DNA from: Antedon mediterranea
Taxonomy: Eukaryota; Animalia; Echinodermata
DNA length: 64,000 nt
Assembly: GCF_964355755.1 (NCBI RefSeq)
Contig: NC_092673.1
Location: 35,771,648-35,835,647 of the forward strand
Reading direction: 5' to 3'
The position numbers and the translations under genes were made by a program. Below, one piece after another: positions 53,301 through 64,000 of the stretch. Position 1 is the stretch's first letter. Every line of letters begins with the position of its first letter. The notes beneath the pieces are model-generated. The model saw only the letters and a list, made by a program, of their open reading frames with translations. It was not told the DNA's origin and made no database searches.

Positions 53301-56300
53301 ATGCTCTGGGGCCCTGGTTTAGCACTCCTAAGGGGCCCTCCAATGTTGGGTAGTTACATTGGGGCTGTTCATGCTCTGGCCCCTGGTTTAGCACTCCTAA
53401 GGGGCCCTCCAATGTTGGGCAGTTGCATTGGGGCTGTTCATGCTCTGGCCCCTGGTTTAGCACTCCTAAGGGGCCCTCCAATGTTGGGCAGTTGCATTGC
53501 GGCTGTTCATGCTCTGGGCCCCTGGTTTAGCACTCCTAAGGGGCCCTCCAATGTTGGGTAGTTGCATTGGGGCTGTTCATGCTCTGGGCCCCTGGTTTAG
53601 CACTCCTAAGGGGCCCTCCAATGTTGGGTAGTTACATTGGGGCTGTTCATGCTCTGGCCCCTGGTTTAGCACTCCTAAGGGGCCCTCCAATGTTGGGTAG
53701 TTGCATTGGGGCTGTTCATGCTCTGGGCCCCTGGTTTAGCACTCCTAAGGGGCCCTCCAATGTTGGGTAGTTGCAATGGGGCTGTTCATGCTCTGGGGCC
53801 CTGGTTTAGCACTCCTAAGGGGCCCTCCAATGTTGGGTAGTTGCATTGGGGCTGTTCATGCTCTGGGCCCCTGGTTTAGCACTCCTAAGGGGCCCTCCAA
53901 TGTTGGGTAGTTGCATTGGGGCTGTTCATGCTCTGGGGCCCTGGTTTAGCACTCCTAAGGGGCCCTCCAATGTTGGGTAGTTGCATTGGGGCTGTTCATG
54001 CTCTGGGCCCCTGGTTTAGCACTCCTAAGGGGCCCTCCAATGTTTGGTAGTTGCATTGGGGCTGTTCATGCTCTGGGCCCCTGGTTTAGCACTCCTAAGG
54101 GGCCCTCCAATGTTTGGTAGTTGCATTGGGGCTGTTCATGCTCTGGGCCCCTGGTTTAGCACTCCTAAGGGGCCCTCCAATGTTGGGTAGTTGCATTGGG
54201 GCTGTTCATGCTCTGGGCCCCTGGTTTAGCACTCCTAAGGGGCCCTCCAATGTTTGGTAGTTGCATTGGGGCTGTTCATGCTCTGGGCCCCTGGTTTAGC
54301 ACTCCTAAGGAGCCCTCCAATGTTGGGTAGTTGCATTGGGGCTGTTCATGCTCTGGGCCCCTGGTTTAGCACTCCTAAGGGGCCCTCCAATGTTGGGTAG
54401 TTGCAATGGGGCTGTTCATGCTCTGGCCCCTGGTTTAGCACTCCTAAGGGGCCCTCCAATGTTGGGTAGTTGCATTGGGGCTGTTCATGCTCTGGGCCCC
54501 TGGTTTAGCACTCCTAAGGGGCCTTCCAATGTTGGGTAGTTGCATTGGGGCTGTTCATGCTCTGGGCCCCTGGTTTAGCACTCCTAAGGGGCCCTCCAAT
54601 GTTTGGTAGTTGCATTGGGGCTGTTCATGCTCTGGGCCCCTGGTTTAGCACTCCTAAGGGGCCCTCCAATGTTGGGTAGTTGCATTGGGGCTGTTCATGC
54701 TCTGGGCCCCTGGTTCAGCACTCCTAAGGGGCCCTCCAATGTTGGGTAGTTGCATTGGGGCTGTTCATGCTCTGGGGCCCTGGTTTAGCACTCCTAAGGG
54801 GCCTTCCAATGTTTGGTAGTTGCATTGGGGCTGTTCATGCTCTGGGCCCTGGTTTAGCACTCCTAAGGGGCCCTCCAATGTTGGGTAGTTGCATTGGGGC
54901 TGTTCATGCTCTGGGCCCCTGGTTCAGCACTCCTAAGGGGCCCTCCAATGTTGGGTAGTTGCATTGGGGCTGTTCATGCTCTGGGGCCCTGGTTTAGCAC
55001 TCCTAAGGGGCCTTCCAATGTTTGGTAGTTGCATTGGGGCTGTTCATGCTCTGGGCCCTGGTTTAGCACTCCTAAGGGGCCTTCCAATGTTGGGTAGTTG
55101 CATTGGGGCTGTTCATGCTCTGGGCCCCTGGTTTAGCACTCCTAAGGCCCTCCAATGTTGGGTAGTTGCATTGGGGCTGTTCATGCTCTGGGCCCCTGGT
55201 TTAGCACTCCTAAGGGGCCCTCCAATGTTGGGTAGTTGCAATGGGGCTGTTCATGCTCTGGCCCCTGGTTTAGCACTCCTAAGGAGCCCTCCAATGTTGG
55301 GTAGTTGCATTGGGGCTGTTCATGCTCTGGGCCTCTGGTTTAGCACTCCTAAGGAGCCCTCCAATGTTGGGTAGTTGCATTGGGGCTGTTCATACTCTGG
55401 GCCCCTGGTTTAGCACTCCTAAGGCCCTCCAATGTTGGGTAGTTGCATTGGGGCTGTTCATGCTCTGGGCCCCTGGTTTAGCACTCCTAAGGGGCCCTCC
55501 AATGTTGGGTAGTTGCATTGGGGCTGTTCATGCTCTGGGCCCCTGGTTTAGCACTCCTAAGGGGCCCTCCAATGTTGGGTAGTTGCAATGGGGCTGTTCA
55601 TGCTCTGGCCCCTGGTTTAGCACTCCTAAGGAGCCCTCCAATGTTGGGTAGTTGCATTGGGGCTGTTCATGCTCTGGGCCTCTGGTTTAGCACTCCTAAG
55701 GAGCCCTCCAATGTTGGGTAGTTGCATTGGGGCTGTTCATGCTCTGGGCCCCTGGTTTAGCACTCCTAAGGGGCCCTCCAATGTTGGGTAGTTGCAATGG
55801 GGCTGTTCATGCTCTGGGCCCCTGGTTTAGCACTCCTAAGGGGCCCTCCAATGTTGGGTAGTTGCATTGGGGCTGTTCATGCTCTGGGGCCCTTCTTGGG
55901 TAGCCAGTGTCCCACTGAGTACTCATCATTCATAGTCACAAACACCCTTAAAAAAAGCAGCATTTACACCATGGTCACAGCACTTTGACAGATAAATCGT
56001 TTAATCCCTAGGATAGGCCTACTACTAATAGTTCTATAGCTTTAGATTAATAAGGCAGGCTGATTCTGTGCTATAGGCTATAGATAGTAGTAGTAGGGCT
56101 AAAAAAAGTTTTTAATAAAGTGTAAAACTGTTTTCTGTAGAAAAATATAGATTCTTCACAAAAAATGTCAGTTTATAAATAAATTAGTAAATTTATGTAT
56201 TTAAAAAAAAAATAACGCTATGCTTCAAGTGAAAAATGGGAATTAACGTACTGTTCGTTGCGCTAGGCTAAGACAAATCTTATGACGCCGTATCATGCCT

Positions 56301-56542
56301 ACGGTTTACAGACAGGTTTGTTCGTCATGACATTATTCTAGAGACCCGTAATGTTATGTTCGGTATTACTATTAGGTAGGCCTAGAATTAACTGATGTTT
56401 TGAAACTGCATAGATTTGTTCATTAAAAAACAGTCTTACCATTGAATAGTTTAGTTTTAATGTTATCCAATAAGTCACTGCATGTGACTCCTGGGGGTTT
56501 ATTAACTGCAATGAGACCATTTAAATTCAACAATCTCCTCAT
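41345..56542 (-). CDS. TRUB1: tRNA pseudouridine(55) synthase TRUB1, 7 exons, 244 aa
   Basis: Exons 56542-56440, 49051-48906, 48385-48304, 46714-46642, 45691-45552, 43996-43940, 41478-41345; 735 nt in frame. TruB motifs GLIAVNKPPG, KIGHGGTLD (catalytic Asp), QVPPIYSALK, KPARPVTV, CGGGFYVRSLIHDLG, LIRTEHGPF. Confidence 0.95.
41692..42131 (-). mobile_element. Helentron/DINE-1-like non-autonomous element (HINE), left copy
   Basis: Reverse complement of 42949-43296, with an extra internal segment and a 20-bp triplication. Subterminal inverted repeat TACTCGGGGTA, hairpin GCACGAATGTGC, AACAAG end. Confidence 0.7.
42208..42445 (+). mobile_element. HINE-like element, internally deleted middle copy
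   Basis: TTACTCGGGGT start, CT-rich microsatellite, GAGTATCGCACATTCTTGC end. Confidence 0.68.
42519..42594 (+). pseudogene. tRNA-Val(AAC)-derived copy 1, probably a pseudogene
   Basis: GTAGTGGTTATCACGT D-arm/A-box, TGC-TTAACAC-GCA anticodon arm, GGTTCGA B-box, followed by a T-run. The acceptor stem has 3 mismatches and the T-loop carries a 3-nt duplication (TTCGACGAG). Confidence 0.75.
42809..42881 (+). pseudogene. tRNA-Val(AAC)-derived copy 2, pseudogene
   Basis: GGTTTCG...GGAAACC acceptor stem and TTAACAC loop retained; T-loop mutated to TATGAGC and D-stem disrupted. Shares ~45 nt of 3' flank with copy 1. Confidence 0.7.
42949..43296 (+). mobile_element. HINE-like element, right copy
   Basis: 5' TACTCGGGGTA and 3' TACCCCGAGTA subterminal inverted repeats, CTT microsatellite near the 5' end, 3' hairpin GCAC-ATTC-GTGC, T-rich flanks. 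Confidence 0.72.
44193..44948. repeat. 28-bp tandem array, ~27 apparently identical copies
   Basis: Unit TTACATTATATCTTGAGAACTAAGTCTT. Confidence 0.97.
45738..46378. mobile_element. Non-autonomous piggyBac-like element, 641 bp
   Basis: TTAA-CCCTTTCACTGCG ... CGCAGTGAAAGGG-TTAA: perfect 13-bp TIR and TTAA target duplication. Confidence 0.88.
46820..46925 (+). mobile_element. HINE/DINE-like 5' fragment (second family)
   Basis: TTACCTCCGCCAAGGAGGT hairpin followed by a (GTTT)n microsatellite and AGCAGGATTACTCAAAAA. Confidence 0.55.
47317..48199. mobile_element. Non-autonomous PIF/Harbinger element, 883 bp
   Basis: TAA-CGCCCGTATTCTTAAACCGAACTTCAGTCGTAGTT ... AACTACGACTAAAGTCCGGTTTAAGAATACGGGCG-TAA: ~35-bp TIR and TAA target duplication. 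Confidence 0.88.
48215..48268. mobile_element. MITE family A, terminal fragment
   Basis: CACATTTTTATGTCACATAAAGTTTAATAGTGTAC...GACAGAGC. Confidence 0.6.
49359..49603. repeat. 16-bp tandem array, ~15 copies
   Basis: Unit AACACCCCAGTGGCGT. Confidence 0.96.
49615..55892. repeat. GC-rich 70-bp (69-bp variants) satellite, ~90 copies, in TRUB1 intron 1
   Basis: Unit GCACTCCTAAGGGGCCCTCCAATGTTGGGTAGTTGCATTGGGGCTGTTCATGCTCTGGGCCCCTGGTTTA. Confidence 0.98.
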
Positions 56543-56894
56543 ACTACTCGAATCGAAAGTCAGGCCATGTGCGTCTCGCACAAATCATCATATCGCGATA
56601 TCGCGTCGTCACAAAAACTTATAGGACACCCTCAGCCTCGTTTTAAAGTTAGCATAGCCTTTCGAGGAGGACAGCCGGAATTACAGATTCATTGAGAGAG
56701 ATGATAATTTCACACTCTGTTTTAATCCAGTCTACCTTTATTTTTATACTCATATATTTTTATATTGTATGTTTGATTGTTTTAAGGATGCACCATTATT
56801 ATGTGTGCCGCTGTTGAAAAAGCGTTTTCCGAATAAATTATTATTGTCATGTTTTTAAAATATATAATCATTGTTGTCCACCTTATTTATGCAA

Positions 56895-57367
56895 TCGTTT
56901 TATTAGAATTTCAGACAGTCGTAATTACAATACTAGGGGATGCAATTTTAATTTTAGAATCCCACCTATCAAGCCAATGGCACATGTGACCTTTTTTTAC
57001 AATGCTATTAAAGAATGGAATAATTTACCAATTAACATTAAGGAATCACAAACTGTTTGTTGTTTTAAAAGTAAAGTTAAAAAGTATCTACAGGAACGTT
57101 CACTAGCTCTAGAAACTATTTAATTAGCGCTTCTTCTTTTTTCGATTGTCCTTTTTGCTGTTTTTTGTATTTTTTTTATGTTGCTTTGTTTGTCTTTTTT
57201 GCTGTTCTTTCAAAGGACCTCATTGGAAACAAGTCCGTAGAGGACTTTTATGAGTTATCCTTGGCATCCTTGTTTTATATTGGTATTTTTATATTTGCCA
57301 TTTTAATTGTATGTCTGTGATATTTTATGTACTGATGCCGAAATAAATCAAATCAAATCAAATCAAA
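56895..57367 (+). mobile_element. 5'-truncated CR1/L2-clade LINE (ORF2 C-terminus, 3' UTR, microsatellite tail)
   Basis: Frame YNTRGCNFNFRIP...TFFYNAIKEWNNLPINIKES...FKSKVKKYL, stop at 57121-57123. Ends AATAAA(TCAAA)n. Confidence 0.75.
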
Positions 57368-57727
57368 CTCGTACATTTTGCTATACCAATTTCTCATTTT
57401 CTTTAAAAAAATTATTATTTACTTCACTATTTGGCTGGCCATTATATTTAGAGGTCACCTTCCGTTCACGTTCCTTCGCTCATATTGGTTTAGTAGGGCT
57501 ACATCCAAAAAAGAGGTCAAATAAGTTCAAATTGTGATTATTATGATAATGTATATAGTGTATATGAGAACATATTAAGTATAACATCTGCAAATATACA
57601 CTCATCATGCAATATGTGGTTATCTTTTACAAAATGATAAAACATAATTTGAGGTTCTTAACACTCTGTTAGTTCTCACGATCACACCTCCGGGGAGATG
57701 GTTGAATAGATAGCTTACACACTGGAT

Positions 57728-57917
57728 GTTTTTCGCAAATATCGAGCGCGACGCATGATGGGAAGGGTTTGGGAGCAAACGTCACAACGCGTACGTATTT
57801 GATTTGTTGTTTGAATTGTCCGTACGGCACGCGTCGTGACGTTTTGGTCCCAAACCCTTCCCATCCTGCATTGTGCAATGACGTTCCTGGCGAAATCAAG
57901 CTATTTGCGATAAACCA
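57728..57917. mobile_element. Foldback MITE family C
   Basis: Same palindromic core, with termini TTTTCGCAAATA / TATTTGCGATAAAC. Confidence 0.78.
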
Positions 57918-58106
57918 TTGCGTGACTATTTAGTTGTTTTGTTAATATTAATTATCCAAATCTATCAGGTACATCGGCCGGCTGTGTAAATGTTAACAAT
58001 ATTAAATGTATGCTATATGAAGACGTCGTAAATTTTGAAAAATCCTTAATAATAAAAATAGATAATTAGTACTCCAAATTAATTAATACCATTAATATTA
58101 TTACTT

Positions 58107-58337
58107 AAGCGTGGTTCCCACTAGCGACGCAACGCAAGGACGTAACGCAACGCAAGTGAATTGACCAATCAAAAAAGCGATGGCTTGTTCGCTTGTGATT
58201 GCTAACTGTCTATAACTTCGCTTGTCATTGGTTAACTCGCTTGCGTTGCGTTTAACGTCCTTGCGTTACGTTCTAGTGGGAACCAAGCTTTACGTTGCGT
58301 TTACGTCCTTGCGTTACGTTCTAGTGGGAACCAAGCT
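58107..58337. mobile_element. MITE family B, full length with duplicated right end
   Basis: AGCGTGGTTCCCACTAG ... CTAGTGGGAACCAAGCT occurs twice; TTA/TAA flanks. Confidence 0.85.
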
Positions 58338-58515
58338 TAATTGACAACAATAATGTATACTATCAATAAAATGACATACGATACAAAGTATAACATGTGT
58401 GCAATAAATTAAAGTTAATGGCGAAATACTTTTGTTGTTATCTTAATTACCTTGCACGATTATTAGCGGTGTTAACAAACAATAGCTTTAGTCACGTGAT
58501 GATATTAAAGTTCCA

Positions 58516-58522
58516 TATAAAG
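58516..58522 (+). promoter_or_regulatory. TATA box of the subtilase gene
   Basis: TATAAAG followed by a likely non-coding first exon (donor GTAAGT at 58607) and an acceptor at 58911 just before the ATG. Confidence 0.45.
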
Positions 58523-58659
58523 AGAGAGAAAGGCAAAGGAAGACATTTCACAAGACTCGAACTGAGTTATAAATTCGTTACAGCATCTCATTCTAAGTGA
58601 CAAAGAGTAAGTTGTGGTTTTTTTTAGATTTAGGTTCAGTAATTTTATTGTAGCTCTTA

Positions 58660-58796
58660 AGCTTGGTTCCCACTAGAAACACAACGCAAGGACGTACGCG
58701 CAACGCAAGCGAGTTGACCAACGACAAGCCACCGATTAGTCAAATCACTTACGCTGCGTTGCGTTCTTGCGTCACGTCTCTAGTGGGACCCAAGCT
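58660..58796. mobile_element. MITE family B, full length
   Basis: TTA-AGCTTGGTTCCCACTAG ... CTAGTGGGACCCAAGCT-TTA. Confidence 0.87.
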
Positions 58797-58928
58797 TTAC
58801 ACTAAACAGTATATGATGAGTGAGTTTTCAAAAATCACCCGATTAATATTCACTCTTAAGGTAAGATCATGCTTATTAAGCTAATGAAAAAAAAAACTTT
58901 TTTCCCTCCAGCGACTTTAAAAATCAAA

Positions 58929-62667
<3,739 letters not shown>

Positions 62668-63394
62668 ACGCATTTACGTTCCATAAACGCATTGCTCGTT
62701 AAACGCATTTCCACGCGTCAGAAATCAATACCGTTGATGAATGGATTGAAATGTCCGTTTATATACCTACATAAATACGCTTTTATTGTGATATTCGAAG
62801 TAATGCCAATAAAATAACCGAATTATGAGTATTTGTTTGTGTTCTGTTTTATTTGTTATTACTTACTGTTGTACTATACTACTCACGTCAGCCTGAGCAA
62901 CATTACAACATACAACCTTACAATATTATAGAACAACAATATTATAGTAATAAGTTGGAATTATATTTTTCCATAATACCAACAAGTGTTATTATTATCA
63001 TCAATCTATTGAGTATACTATACAACTGAAATAGTTATATCAAGCTTCACAAAAACTACGAAATACAAACAAGTATTCTAACCTAAGCATCATTCGAAAC
63101 TCAATCATCCACAAACTTACTATGGAACTCCCTTAACAATTCTTTATTTGACCCTCGTCACATTTAAATTAAGATACTTAATATCAAAATACAAGCCAGC
63201 TTAGATATATACACCTCCCTCGAATAAACGCACCGAACTCCCCGGGGCGGTTATTCGAATAAATACGGTATTTGGTTTCTTCCAAATACAACGCATATAT
63301 TTTCTACATATCGTGTATTTTGAAATAAGACATTTAAAGCCAAAGTTAACCATCCTTGAAAATGACCATTATAGATAAACTATTGTATTTTGTT

Positions 63395-63670
63395 CATAAT
63401 ATAATAATAATATCCTGGATTTATATAGCGCCTAATGTTGTGAAACCTCTAAGCGCTGAACATAAACTAATACGATTAAAGGGATTTCAACCACGCCCAA
63501 AAAAACCAAACCAAAGTAAGGGGATACGCCCTCGTCGCTAACCAGGGGTCGGTCTAATTGAACCCCAGTCAGCACTAACCAGGGGTCGGTCTAATTGAAC
63601 CCTGGTCAGCGCCAGTTGTGTCTCGGTCATCCCGGACTCAGGCGCCTCCTGCCTTACTACATTAGATCTA
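63395..63670 (-). mobile_element. Probable tRNA-derived SINE with L2-type tail
   Basis: On minus: A-box-like TAGATCTAATGTAGTAAGGC, B-box-like GGGTTCAATT, tail GGCGCTATATAAAT...(TAT)n. Similar tails at ~4375-4440 and ~60855-60920. Confidence 0.45.
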
Positions 63671-64000
63671 AAACAATCGAGGTGGCATGGTAAAGGAGAA
63701 AAAAATGGGATTAATATATGCTTTATTAAATAAGTATGTCTTAAGTCCTTAAAATGGCCCCTATTTTTTACTCAAAACTGATAGGCCTAGTAGCTCCTAT
63801 TATAAACCACGAACGAACGTAATTTGTGTGACAAATCTTACAATATTATGATAAATCAGTCCAATGGTACAATTTATAATAATAGCATATGGTAGCCATA
63901 TTGGATTCCAAGATGGCCGCCATTAAAAACGTATATAATACATTTATATAATAATTTAATCATCAAATTATGGCTGTCATATGCTATTATAATAAATTGT

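Noticed and set aside
49277-55988. Numerous 60-136 aa ORFs on both strands
   Set aside because: All are readings of the 16-bp and 69/70-bp arrays; the frame shifts with each monomer.

Overview
AT-rich, intron-rich animal nuclear DNA (an invertebrate is likely, and an echinoderm-like one is only my guess). I assembled five complete spliced protein-coding genes by hand from GT-AG sites and frame continuity. (1) PP2A regulatory subunit B55 (PPP2R2/twins; minus, 8 exons, 448 aa), with a U12-type intron and a probable unannotated upstream alternative first coding exon. (2) A myosin regulatory light chain (minus, 5 exons, 177 aa) with CArG and MCAT motifs. (3) A divergent GOST-family (GPR107/108/TMEM87-like) 7-TM protein (plus, 8 exons, 505 aa). 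(4) tRNA pseudouridine-55 synthase TRUB1 (minus, 7 exons, 244 aa), whose introns hold a ~6.3 kb satellite, two decayed tRNA-Val copies and several non-autonomous transposons. (5) A secreted proteinase-K/aqualysin-type subtilase (plus, 8 exons, 365 aa). The rest is dense with MITEs (Harbinger-, piggyBac-, Tc1/mariner- and Helentron-like), SINE/LINE fragments and about 15 unrelated, very homogeneous tandem arrays, several visibly born from MITE sequence. Most listed ORFs, including the 678-aa one, are repeat artefacts. There is no CRISPR array or prokaryotic system, and I cannot claim a wholly new biological system. The best leads are the CArG-carrying MITE family, the alternative B55 N-terminus, the divergent GOST protein and the MITE-to-satellite conversions.
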